Source of the DNA: Desulfobulbus propionicus DSM 2032
GTDB taxonomy: Bacteria; Desulfobacterota; Desulfobulbia; Desulfobulbales; Desulfobulbaceae
Direction of reading: 5' to 3'
Length of the DNA stretch: 32,000 bases
Assembly (NCBI RefSeq): GCF_000186885.1
Contig: NC_014972.1
Location: 420,001-452,000, forward strand
Position numbers and translations under genes: made by a program. Under the pieces are notes generated by a model that saw only the letters and a list, made by a program, of their open reading frames with translations, was not told the DNA's origin and made no database searches. This document shows positions 23,642 to 32,000 of this stretch, piece by piece. Numbering within the stretch: the first letter of the stretch is position 1; every line of letters begins with the position of its first letter.

Positions 23642-25777
23642 ATGGCCGACAGTCTGTATATCGCCAACCTGGAAAAGGATTGCGGGAAACTGGTCGTCAC
23701 CCTCGGAGTGATGGAACTTCTCTCACGCCGGATCGGCCGGGTGGGCTTCTTCCGGCCGATCATCCCCGGTGACGGCAAGGAGGACAACGACATCAACCTG
23801 ATCAAGCAGCGCTACAACATCAGCCTGCGTTTCGACGAGATGGCTGGTGTCAGCCATGAACTGGCCCGCGCCCTGATCGCCGAAGGCAACGAACTGGGGC
23901 TCTTTCGGGAGATTGTCCGCAAATACGGCGAGGTGCGCCGCAAGTGCGATTTCCTTCTTTGCGAGGGACCCAACATCATCAGCATGTCCGAGGCTTTTGA
24001 CTACGACATCAGCATTCGCATCGCCCGCGAGCTGGGCACGCCCACCCTGCACGTGGTTAACGGCCGCAACCGGGACGTGGCCGAGATCCAGGAAAATATC
24101 GGCGTGGCGGAGAAGATCTACGAACAGTACCAGTGCCCGCTGCTGGCCATCTTCGTCAACCGCATCGATCCCGCCCTGTTGGCGGAGGCCGAGGCCGAAA
24201 TCAGGGCCAGCCACCAGGGCAAGCCCTATCGCCTCGATTTTCTGCCGGAGATGAAGGGGTTCAGCATGCCGACCATGGAGGAAATCATCGAGGCCCTGGG
24301 GGCGCGCCACTTCAGCGGCCCCAAGGCGGGGCTGCAACGCGATGTCCATGCCATCAAGGTGGCGGCAATGAGCCCGGCCAACTACATCGATTTCCTCGAA
24401 GAAGACGACATGATCGTCACCCCCGGCGACCGGCCGGATATCATTTTCGCCACCCTGGGGGCTATTGCCTCGCGCAACTATCCCTCGCCGGCCGGCATGC
24501 TGCTGTCCGGCAACCTGGAACCGAGCTCCTCCATGGTCCGGTTGCTCGACGGACTCGACGACCTGTCGTTGCCCATTTACCTGATCCCCGGCGATACCTA
24601 CACCGTTGCTCAGCGTGCCGGCGAGATCAAGGGGACCCTGCGGCCGCACAATGAACAGAAGATTGCCCGGGCACTCGGGGTGTTCGAGAGTCATGTCGAT
24701 ACCCTTGGCCTGGAACAGCAGGTGATCGAAACCGTGGCCACCATCATGTCGCCGCTAATGTTCGAGTATTCGCTTTTCCAGCGGGCCAGGGCCGATCGCC
24801 AGCACATTGTCCTGCCCGAAGGCGAAGACGAGCGCATTCTTCGCGCCGCCGAGATTCTCCGTGCCCGCGAGGTGGTCGATCTCACTCTGCTCGGCGAGGA
24901 AAAAACCATTCGCAACCGGGCCGCCTCTCTCGGGCTGAAGCTCCAGGATGTGACCATTATCGACCCCAAGAGCTCACCGTTGCGCGAGGCGTTCATCGAG
25001 AGCCTCTATGAGGCGCGAAAGTACAAGGGGATCACCCGAGACTGGGCCCATGACGCCATCAGCGATGTCAGCTACTTCGGTACGCTGATGGTCCATACCG
25101 ACCGCGCCGACGGCATGGTGTCCGGTGCGGTCCATACCACCCAGCATACGGTTCGTCCGGCCTTTCAGATCATCCGTACCCGCCCCGAAGTGTCGGTGGT
25201 CTCGAGCGTCTTCTTCATGTGCATGGAGACGCGGGTGCTGGTCTACGGTGACTGTGCGGTCAACCCCAACCCCAACAGCGAGGAACTGGCCGAAATCGCC
25301 ATCCGCTCGGCAGAGACGGCCGCCATGTTCAACATCGAGCCGATCGTGGCCATGCTCTCCTATTCCAGCGGCTCTTCCGGCCAGGGCGAGGATGTGGAAC
25401 GGGTGCGCGAGGCCGTTCACCTGGCCCGCGCGCGGAGGCCCGGGCTCAAGATCGATGGACCGATTCAGTACGATGCGGCCATCGATCTCTCGGTGGCCCA
25501 GGAGAAGATGCCGGAAAGCGAGGTGGCTGGCCGGGCGACCGTGTTCATTTTCCCGGATCTCAACACCGGCAACAACACCTACAAGGCAGTGCAGCGGTCC
25601 GCCGGGGCGGTGGCCATCGGCCCCATCCTCCAGGGGTTGAACAAGCCGGTCAATGACCTCAGCCGCGGCTGCCTGGTGTCCGATATCGTCAACACTGTGG
25701 CCATCACCGCCATTCAGGCCCAGGCCGTGAAAAAACAGGCCTGGTTACAATCAGCGCCAGCAGCGACCACGATCTGA
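23642..25777 (+). CDS. pta: Phosphate acetyltransferase, long form with N-terminal DRTGG-type region
   Basis: DRQHIVLPEGEDERILRAAEIL, SSVFFMCMETRVLVYGDCAVNPNPN, VAMLSYSSGSSGQGEDVERVREAV, FPDLNTGNNTYKAVQRSAGA. Start MADSLYIANLEK preferred over the track start 23519. Confidence 0.93.
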   Translation: MADSLYIANLEKDCGKLVVTLGVMELLSRRIGRVGFFRPIIPGDGKEDNDINLIKQRYNISLRFDEMAGVSHELARALIAEGNELGLFREIVRKYGEVRRKCDFLLCEGPNIISMSEAFDYDISIRIARELGTPTLHVVNGRNRDVAEIQENIGVAEKIYEQYQCPLLAIFVNRIDPALLAEAEAEIRASHQGKPYRLDFLPEMKGFSMPTMEEIIEALGARHFSGPKAGLQRDVHAIKVAAMSPANYIDFLEEDDMIVTPGDRPDIIFATLGAIASRNYPSPAGMLLSGNLEPSSSMVRLLDGLDDLSLPIYLIPGDTYTVAQRAGEIKGTLRPHNEQKIARALGVFESHVDTLGLEQQVIETVATIMSPLMFEYSLFQRARADRQHIVLPEGEDERILRAAEILRAREVVDLTLLGEEKTIRNRAASLGLKLQDVTIIDPKSSPLREAFIESLYEARKYKGITRDWAHDAISDVSYFGTLMVHTDRADGMVSGAVHTTQHTVRPAFQIIRTRPEVSVVSSVFFMCMETRVLVYGDCAVNPNPNSEELAEIAIRSAETAAMFNIEPIVAMLSYSSGSSGQGEDVERVREAVHLARARRPGLKIDGPIQYDAAIDLSVAQEKMPESEVAGRATVFIFPDLNTGNNTYKAVQRSAGAVAIGPILQGLNKPVNDLSRGCLVSDIVNTVAITAIQAQAVKKQAWLQSAPAATTI

Positions 25778-26652
25778 TGCGGCTGCCTCTGCCGCCTCTT
25801 GCCGCCACCCTTGTCGGGGCTGGGATCATCTCCTTTTCCGCGGTCTGGGTAAAGCTGGCCACGGTGACGCCACCGGTATCCGCCTTTTATCGGGTTTTCT
25901 TCGGCTTCCTGTTTCTGCTGGCGGCTTGTGCCCTGCGCAGCGACCTCCGATCGGTCAGTGGCCGCCATCTGGGCTTTGCCGTGCTCTGCGGCCTATTCTT
26001 CGCTTTGGATCTTTATTGTTGGCATGCGAGTATTCGGTATGTTGGGCCGGGCTTGGCAACCATGCTGGGGAATTTCCAGGTGTTCGTGCTCACCGCCTTT
26101 GGCCTGCTTTTTCTGGGAGAAAAGATCCATCCGCGCTTTGTGCTGGCTGTACCCGTTGCCGTGGTCGGCCTGAGCCTCATCGTCGGCGTCCAATGGGAGG
26201 AACTCAGCCCCTCGTACCGTGTCGGCATTGCCCTCGGCCTGATGACCGCAGTGTGGTACAGCGGCTTTCTCCTCATCCTGCGCAAACTGCAGGCCGAAGC
26301 GCCGGGTGTTTCCTTTTTCTTCAACCTGATGCTCATTTCCGGGGCCAGTGCGTTCTTTCTCGGCACGCACTTGGCATTCGTCGGCGAATCCCTTGCCATC
26401 CCCGACCGAACCAGCTGGCTGGCCCTACTGGCGCTGGGACTGCTCAGTCAGACCATTGGCTGGACGCTGATCGCCAATGCCCTGCCCGGGATGCGCACTT
26501 CGCTCGCCGGCCTGGTGCTCCTGTTCCAGCCGGCGCTTTCCTTTGTCTGGGATGTGACCCTGTTTGCCCGGCCGACCACCCTGGTCAACTGGATCGGCGT
26601 GGGCATCACCTTGTTTGCTATTTACCTGGGCATCCAGAGCAGCCGTGGTTGA
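25777..26652 (+). CDS. EamA/DMT-family transporter
   Basis: About 10 hydrophobic helices in two similar halves; start overlaps the pta stop (TGATG). Confidence 0.85.
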   Translation: MRLPLPPLAATLVGAGIISFSAVWVKLATVTPPVSAFYRVFFGFLFLLAACALRSDLRSVSGRHLGFAVLCGLFFALDLYCWHASIRYVGPGLATMLGNFQVFVLTAFGLLFLGEKIHPRFVLAVPVAVVGLSLIVGVQWEELSPSYRVGIALGLMTAVWYSGFLLILRKLQAEAPGVSFFFNLMLISGASAFFLGTHLAFVGESLAIPDRTSWLALLALGLLSQTIGWTLIANALPGMRTSLAGLVLLFQPALSFVWDVTLFARPTTLVNWIGVGITLFAIYLGIQSSRG

Positions 26653-26691
26653 ATTTTCCTCGGGATGCTATTCCCCTCTCTTGTCTAACCT

Positions 26692-27096
26692 TTGCATGGA
26701 GCCATAACAATGACAGCAGAAAACGCAGACATGGCCGAGCTATTCGAACAGATTGGCGCGGTGCTTTCCGCCGCTGAACAGAACGACTTGGATACTGTAT
26801 ACGACCACCGCGCGGCCATTGTCTCGATGTACGCGCAAGCCATGGTCGAGTTTCACTTCGAGGAAAGCCAGCTCGATTGGCTCAACGATCTGCTCGACGC
26901 GGTAGAGAGAGACGATCTGGCCGCCTGCCGTCGTCTGCTTGCCCAGGAAGCGGATACCGACACAGTCTTTCTCGCCACCCAATTCGCCGCCGTCATGGCC
27001 GGATTTTTTCACCACGACGAATGCATGACCCTGATCCAGGCCATCGGCCTCCAGGCGCTGCTCAAGGGCATGCAGTCCGAGCCGGATAAGAGCTGA
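26692..27096 (+). CDS. Hypothetical alpha-helical protein
   Basis: 134 aa ORF between genes; start may be internal Met at 26710. Confidence 0.5.
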   Translation: MHGAITMTAENADMAELFEQIGAVLSAAEQNDLDTVYDHRAAIVSMYAQAMVEFHFEESQLDWLNDLLDAVERDDLAACRRLLAQEADTDTVFLATQFAAVMAGFFHHDECMTLIQAIGLQALLKGMQSEPDKS

Positions 27097-27117
27097 ATCG
27101 ACGGCAGGGGCCTGCCT

Positions 27118-28092
27118 CTAGCGGACCTCGCGACCGCGTCCGGAATCGCTGAGGTCGGCCAAGGCGCGGGGATAGGGGCGGAGAAAGACCTGAGCCAGCA
27201 GATACTGGTTGTCGAAGCGCAGGGCATGGGCCTCCAGCAGCCGGGTGACCGCCTGCAGGGGTAGCCGCTCGTCGCGGTATTCCTCGATCGAGTTGATCAC
27301 ATGCTGTTTTTCCGCGGACCCGAGATGTTCGGAGATCCAGCCAAAGGCATGAAAGAGGGTGTTGATCACCCCGGAGATGCGCAGCGGCGCATCCAGGATA
27401 TGACGGAGTTCCTCGCGGTAGAGGTGGAAGACTTCGGCGGCCGGCCGTTTTTCGTGGTTGGCCACGATCTTGCCGGCCTGGCGAAAACGGCTCTGGTTGT
27501 AGGCGAGGAAAAGCAGCTTGTGGCTGGCATGGAAGGCGACCAGCGCGCCCATCTCCGGCCGCTCGTTTAAGCTGCGGAATCGCGCCAGGGTGAAGAGCTT
27601 GATCAGGAAGTGCTCGCGCAAGGAGAGGTTGGTCAGCCGCATTTCGTCCTCGATCGCGGCTCCGGCAAAGGTGTGCCGCACCTGTTCCCCGAACAGGCCG
27701 CCGGCTTTCTTGAGAAACTGCGGCTTGTCGATCCCCTGGTAGATCTTGGTATCATAAAGGCCGCAGCTCGGCGACTTGCTCTTGAGGATGGCGCCGTCGA
27801 TCTGCGGATGCTCCTTGAAGATGGCGTCGATGGTGGCTTGCAACTGGGTGGTCACCTCCCGGCCGGTGGCGGGCTGATAGACCACCAGCCCCCCCTCCGA
27901 CTGGCACAGGCGGATCGGCGCCCGGGGGATGCCCAGACCGCAGTCGGTTTCCGGGCAGACCGGGATTATCTCCACCTGGGTCTGCAACTGCTCGACAAAG
28001 GGATTCTTGAGGATGGCGCCATCATAACGGCAGGCGGCAAAGCCCAAACAACGACTGACCAGGACTGTGGGGCGGGGAAAGGTGTCGTTCAT
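27118..28092 (-). CDS. DUF523/DUF1722 (YbgA-like) protein
   Basis: VLVSRCLGFAACRYDG, IPVCPETDCGLGIPRAPIRL, ILKSKSPSCG; C-terminal FHASHKLLFLAYNQ... typical of DUF1722. Confidence 0.88.
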   Translation of the reverse strand: MNDTFPRPTVLVSRCLGFAACRYDGAILKNPFVEQLQTQVEIIPVCPETDCGLGIPRAPIRLCQSEGGLVVYQPATGREVTTQLQATIDAIFKEHPQIDGAILKSKSPSCGLYDTKIYQGIDKPQFLKKAGGLFGEQVRHTFAGAAIEDEMRLTNLSLREHFLIKLFTLARFRSLNERPEMGALVAFHASHKLLFLAYNQSRFRQAGKIVANHEKRPAAEVFHLYREELRHILDAPLRISGVINTLFHAFGWISEHLGSAEKQHVINSIEEYRDERLPLQAVTRLLEAHALRFDNQYLLAQVFLRPYPRALADLSDSGRGREVR

Positions 28093-28126
28093 GGAATGTT
28101 CCCTCTATGAAGGTTGAGAAAAGCGG

Positions 28127-28414
28127 TCAGCAGCAGCCGGACAGGAGCTTGCGGCCCAACAGCCGGTTGATCCAGGCGGCGAGGATGGCCACGGCGCACC
28201 CGACTCCTGGGGTGACGGTGAGGGCCTGGACCGGGCAGTTGCGGGCGCAGGCCCCACACTCCATGCACAGATCCCTATCGCCAACCTTTAATTTTTCACC
28301 TTCCAGCGCGAAGATGCGGTGTGGACAGACCACGGTGCAGTTGCCGCAGCCAATGCAGCGATCAAAATCGACCTCTAGGGTCGCAGTGTCGTCGATGTAG
28401 CGATAGCCGTGCAT
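28127..28414 (-). CDS. hgcB: HgcB, 2x[4Fe-4S] ferredoxin of mercury methylation
   Basis: MHGYRYIDDTATLEVDFDRCIGCGNCTVVCPHRIFALEGEKLKVGDRDLCMECGACARNCP...RKLLSGCC: two CxxCxxCxxxCP clusters, HgcB-type CMECGAC and a C-terminal vicinal Cys pair; immediately downstream of hgcA. Confidence 0.93.
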   Translation of the reverse strand: MHGYRYIDDTATLEVDFDRCIGCGNCTVVCPHRIFALEGEKLKVGDRDLCMECGACARNCPVQALTVTPGVGCAVAILAAWINRLLGRKLLSGCC

Positions 28415-28427
28415 GGGGCGTCTCCGT

Positions 28428-29447
28428 TCAATGCAAAAAGGGGCTGGCCAGCCAGAGCACCAGGGCGAGGCAGGTGGCCGCGAGCTGCACCGGCAACCCC
28501 CGGCGCATCTCGTACTCGACACCGCTGGGCGAGGTGAAGGGGGTGGAGCCGGTGAAATTCATCGCCAGGTAGGAGCTGAGGCTCAGCACCCAGGAGATCA
28601 GGGCAACCTGTTCCACTGCCGCCAGGCGGGCTGCGAGCAGCAGCCACGCTCCCAGTGCCGCCGGCAGTCCGGCCCATACGCCTTTGAGCCAGAACTGACG
28701 GCCGGGCAGCCAGGGCAGCAGCATGGGGGTGAGCACCGCCCCGCCAAGCATGCCCAACCCGGTGGCGGCGAGCAGTGCCTCGCCACGCTCCAAGGCCGCG
28801 GTAAGGGAAAAAATTGTCGGACTGATGCCGGAAAGGAGAAAGCCAAGGATCAGCATGGCCAGCAGGGGCTTGGCCAGGAGAAACAGCTCCACCGGAATCA
28901 GCACTGCCCGGTCCGCCAAGGGGAAGGTGACCTCACGCATGGCTTCGTCGCACCGGTTGCCCTGACCAAGATAGGCGGGCAGATCGGCGGCGCGGACTGG
29001 GCCGAAAAGCACGGTAAACCCGCAGCCCTTGCGCACCGCCTGCGCCGACACACCCGGAGCGGCCAATTGCGGCAGGATCAGTTCCCGATGGGCGACCACT
29101 TCGTTCAAGCGGTATCGTTGCACGCAGTCGATCACTTCCCAGGTGGAAAAGGTGCCCTTGCCGGCGGCACACCAGACATTGATCCCTCGGGTGTCGACCA
29201 CCAGCAGCCAGGCGTCGAGGCCGCCCAGCTGGTGGCGCAGGGCGTCGAAGGAAAGTTTGTAGTTGGCGCTCACCAGTACGGCTGACTGGTTTCCCGGCGA
29301 TCCCACGGCGTAGAGGCCGGGGGCAACCTTGTAGTTGCGGCGGATGATGCCGATGCGGGCGCCGATGGTGCCCCATAGATCACGGCTGCTTCTTGTGGTG
29401 GTCACTTGCGGCACCGGGCCGGCGGGCGTGTCGATGAAGCCGGTCAC
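28428..29447 (-). CDS. hgcA: HgcA, corrinoid-binding membrane protein of mercury methylation
   Basis: Diagnostic cap-helix motif GINVWCAAGKGTF, plus VLVSANYKLSFDALRHQLGGLDAWLLVVDT and C-terminal TM helices. Exact start uncertain. Confidence 0.95.
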   Translation of the reverse strand: MTGFIDTPAGPVPQVTTTRSSRDLWGTIGARIGIIRRNYKVAPGLYAVGSPGNQSAVLVSANYKLSFDALRHQLGGLDAWLLVVDTRGINVWCAAGKGTFSTWEVIDCVQRYRLNEVVAHRELILPQLAAPGVSAQAVRKGCGFTVLFGPVRAADLPAYLGQGNRCDEAMREVTFPLADRAVLIPVELFLLAKPLLAMLILGFLLSGISPTIFSLTAALERGEALLAATGLGMLGGAVLTPMLLPWLPGRQFWLKGVWAGLPAALGAWLLLAARLAAVEQVALISWVLSLSSYLAMNFTGSTPFTSPSGVEYEMRRGLPVQLAATCLALVLWLASPFLH

Positions 29448-29762
29448 AAAGGGGCAGAGGCTGTAGCCTGCCCGCTCATGGACCCCGGACCGGGGTTCCG
29501 GTTTCGGCCCTCAGCAGGGTGCCTCGGGCGGTGACGGGGCAAAGAGCGGCAACGGTTGGGGCGAGGCGGGACAGGGATTGATCGGTTGCATGGAGACTCG
29601 TTTCCTCGTGAACGGTAACTGTACGGTAAAGATACCGTGCCGTTGGGTATCAAGCCAGGTTTTTCTCCGAGCATCCCAGGCTCGACGGCGGGCCGCGCAT
29701 CGAGTAGGCTGACCCCAACGCCCTTGTCTCTTTCTGGTTGTCCTCTTCTTGGGAGCACGTCC

Positions 29763-30704
29763 ATGACCATCGCCGCCCTCGCCCTGCACGCCAGCGGCCT
29801 CCTTCAGCAGCGGGCCGACACCGCCCGACGGCTGCTGGCCCCCTGCACTCTCTGCCCGCGCCGTTGCCGGGTCAACCGCCTCGCCGGTAAAACCGGTCTG
29901 TGCGGAACCGGTGCCCAGGCGCGCATCGCCAGCTACGGCCCCCATTTCGGCGAGGAGCAGCCCCTGGTCGGCACCCACGGCTCCGGTACCATCTTTCTGG
30001 CCGGCTGCAACCTGCGCTGCTGCTTCTGCCAGAACTTCGACATCAGCCAGGGCAACGATCCCGGCCAGGAGGTGGATGCCCATGAGTTTGCCGCCATCAT
30101 GCTGGAGTTGCAGGCCACGGGCTGCCACAACATCAACCTGGTCACCCCCAGTCATGTGGTGCCGCAGCTCCTCGACGCCCTGATTCCGGCCATCGAGGGT
30201 GGGCTCGACATTCCCCTGGTGTTCAACTGCAGCGGTTATGAGAGCGTGGAGACACTCGCCCTGCTCGACGGCGTCATCGACATCTACATGCCTGATGTCA
30301 AATTCTGGCACCTGGCCACGGCGGCCCGCTATGCGGCGGCCCCGGACTATCCCCAGCGGGTGCGTGCGGCCCTGATCGAGATGCATCGCCAAGTAGGGGA
30401 TCTGGTGATCGGCCCGGACGGTTGTGCCCGCTCGGGCCTGCTCGTCCGCCATCTGCTCATGCCTGGCCTCATGGAGGAAACCGAGGCTATCCTTGCCTTT
30501 ATCGCCACCCGGCTCTCGCCCCGGACCTACGTCAACATCATGGCCCAGTACCACCCCTGCGGCCGGGCCGATCGCTATCCGGAGCTGATGCGCACCATCA
30601 CCGGCGAGGAGTATCGCCAGGCCCTGGACGCGGCGCGCAAGATCGGCCTCACCCGTCTTGACCACCCGGATGTGGGCCGTCTGCTCAGGCAGCTCGGTGT
30701 CTGA
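29763..30704 (+). CDS. Radical SAM protein (PflA-like family)
   Basis: GTIFLAGCNLRCCFCQNFDISQG (CxxxCxxC SAM cluster motif); N-terminal CTLCPRRCRVNR...GLCG. Start at internal ATG MTIAALALH. Confidence 0.88.
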   Translation: MTIAALALHASGLLQQRADTARRLLAPCTLCPRRCRVNRLAGKTGLCGTGAQARIASYGPHFGEEQPLVGTHGSGTIFLAGCNLRCCFCQNFDISQGNDPGQEVDAHEFAAIMLELQATGCHNINLVTPSHVVPQLLDALIPAIEGGLDIPLVFNCSGYESVETLALLDGVIDIYMPDVKFWHLATAARYAAAPDYPQRVRAALIEMHRQVGDLVIGPDGCARSGLLVRHLLMPGLMEETEAILAFIATRLSPRTYVNIMAQYHPCGRADRYPELMRTITGEEYRQALDAARKIGLTRLDHPDVGRLLRQLGV

Positions 30705-30802
30705 GTGATATTTTTCTTGACGAAATGGGCCCCTGTTCGGTATCAAGAAAATAATTGTTCCCTGCCGGGGACAAATATTTTCCTCTAAGACAAGACCTTG
30801 AT

Positions 30803-30904
30803 ATGAAAACCCAATCCGCCATCGCCAACATTTTTGCTCTGCTCGCTCTCGTCGTGGTCGTGAGTGTGGTGGTCGTGGTGCGTACACGGTTCGAGGCGCC
30901 TTAG
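30803..30904 (+). CDS. ilv-type attenuator leader peptide (33 aa)
   Basis: MKTQSAIANIFALLALVVVVSVVVVVRTRFEAP*: nine Val plus three Leu, followed 26 nt later by a GC-rich terminator and then acetolactate synthase. Resembles E. coli ivbL in character. Confidence 0.85.
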   Translation: MKTQSAIANIFALLALVVVVSVVVVVRTRFEAP

Positions 30905-30930
30905 CGGGAAGCATCCAGAGTGGAGAATAC

Positions 30931-30967
30931 AACCCCTGCCGGCGCCAGCCGGCGGGGGTTTTTTTTT
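30931..30967 (+). terminator. Attenuator terminator upstream of acetolactate synthase
   Basis: AACCCCTGCCGGC-GCCA-GCCGGCGGGGGTT then a T run (13 bp stem, one wobble). Confidence 0.9.
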
Positions 30968-31004
30968 GCCCATCATCGATTCACAATCACAGGAGGAGCA
31001 CACC

Positions 31005-32000
31005 ATGTCCAGACTCAACGGCGCCCAACTCATCATCGGTTTCCTGGAACGACAGGGAATTCGCATTGTCAGCGGTATCCCCGGCGGAGCCAACCTGCCC
31101 TTGTACGACGCCCTGGCGTCCAGCCCGACCATCCGCCACGTGCTTGCCCGCCATGAGCAAGGCGCGGGTTTTATCGCCCAAGGCATGGCGCGCGCAAGTG
31201 GCCAAATCGGCGTCTGTTTTGCCACATCCGGCCCCGGCGCGACCAATATCCTCACCGCCCTGGCCGACGCCTTTCTCGATTCCGTGCCTCTGGTCTGCAT
31301 CACCGGCCAGGTGGCGCGCTCCCTGCTCGGCACCGACGCCTTCCAGGAGGTCGACACCTACGGCCTGTCCATGCCGATCACCAAACACAATTACCTGGTG
31401 CGCTCGGCCGCCGAGCTGCTCACCATCCTGCCCAAGGCCTTTCACCTGGCCGGTTCCGGCCGACCTGGACCGGTGCTGATCGACGTGCCCAAGGACGTGC
31501 AGACCGAGGTGGTGGAGTTCGGAGCCTGGCCTGAACTGGTCTCGACCGCCGATCACCAGCCCGGCTGTCCGGAGTCGATCCGGACCGCGGCCACGATGAT
31601 CAACGAGGCAGAGCGGCCGATCCTCTATCTCGGAGGCGGGGTCATCCATGCCGGGGCGGCGGCCGAGGCCCGCCGCCTGGCCGAGCAAGGCGCCATCCCC
31701 ACGGTTATGACCCTGATGGGGCTGGGCATCCTGCCCTCGGACCACCCACTCTCCTTGGGCATGCTCGGCATGCATGCCTGCCGCGCCACCAACTTGGCCA
31801 TGGAGGAGTGCGATCTGCTCATCGCCGCCGGGGTGCGCTTCGACGACCGGGCCACCGGCCGGATCAGCGACTTTTGCCCCAAGGCCAAGGTCATTCACGT
31901 GGACATCGATGCCAGCGAGATCAACAAGCTGCGGCCGGCCGACGCCGGCATCACTGGCGATGCCCGCCACGCTTTTGCCGCCCTTCTGCCCCAGGTGCGA
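31005..32000 (+). CDS. ilvB: Acetolactate synthase large subunit, truncated by window end
   Basis: RBS AGGAGG; MSRLNGAQLIIGFLERQGIRIVSGIPGGANLPLYDAL..., ARHEQGAGFIAQGMARASG, CFATSGPGATNILTALADAFLDSVPLVCITGQV (TPP-enzyme family). Missing from the track because no stop codon lies inside the window. Confidence 0.92.
   Translation, partial: MSRLNGAQLIIGFLERQGIRIVSGIPGGANLPLYDALASSPTIRHVLARHEQGAGFIAQGMARASGQIGVCFATSGPGATNILTALADAFLDSVPLVCITGQVARSLLGTDAFQEVDTYGLSMPITKHNYLVRSAAELLTILPKAFHLAGSGRPGPVLIDVPKDVQTEVVEFGAWPELVSTADHQPGCPESIRTAATMINEAERPILYLGGGVIHAGAAAEARRLAEQGAIPTVMTLMGLGILPSDHPLSLGMLGMHACRATNLAMEECDLLIAAGVRFDDRATGRISDFCPKAKVIHVDIDASEINKLRPADAGITGDARHAFAALLPQVR

Noticed and set aside
23723-24694. 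323 aa minus-strand ORF
   Set aside because: Antisense to phosphate acetyltransferase, which is clearly real.
29511-30932. 473 aa plus-strand ORF overlapping the radical SAM gene
   Set aside because: Competes with the radical SAM frame, which has a CxxxCxxC motif; the alternative translation is Arg/Pro-rich with no domain.
30987-31970. 327 aa minus-strand ORF
   Set aside because: Antisense to the truncated acetolactate synthase gene, which carries clear family motifs.

Overview
Chromosomal window from what looks like a Desulfobulbus-type (sulfate-reducer-like) bacterium; the taxonomy is inferred from gene content only. (1) 1-~6150: right-hand part of an integrated filamentous-phage (inovirus) element. 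It has a Zot/pI-like ATPase, a run of very small membrane/coat-like ORFs, a candidate ssDNA-binding protein, a divergent HTH repressor with three operators spaced exactly 30 bp apart, a long near-perfect hairpin, a HigBA-like toxin-antitoxin pair, and a 3' tRNA-Glu(TTC) fragment that probably marks the attachment site. (2) 7815-20514: the most notable block. An FHA-GAF-AAA+ enhancer-binding protein precedes a consensus sigma-54 promoter (9981-9997) with three copies of a CTGTYCGATTTTC motif upstream. The promoter heads a ~10.5 kb co-directional cluster: two secreted proteins with GNNN-type curlin-like repeats, a third small secreted protein, a CsgG/HfaB-like outer-membrane lipoprotein with a peptidoglycan-binding-like tail, a small membrane protein, a VWA protein, a double-FHA ABC transporter, a Ser/Thr kinase, a lipoprotein and a PP2C phosphatase. 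I interpret it as a candidate undescribed fibre/amyloid export locus coupled to phosphothreonine signalling. (3) 20.5-32 kb: an OFA-like MFS transporter, UV damage endonuclease, phosphate acetyltransferase, EamA transporter, DUF523/DUF1722 protein, mercury-methylation genes hgcA/hgcB, a radical SAM protein, and a valine-rich leader peptide plus terminator (attenuator) before a truncated acetolactate synthase gene that the ORF track omits.
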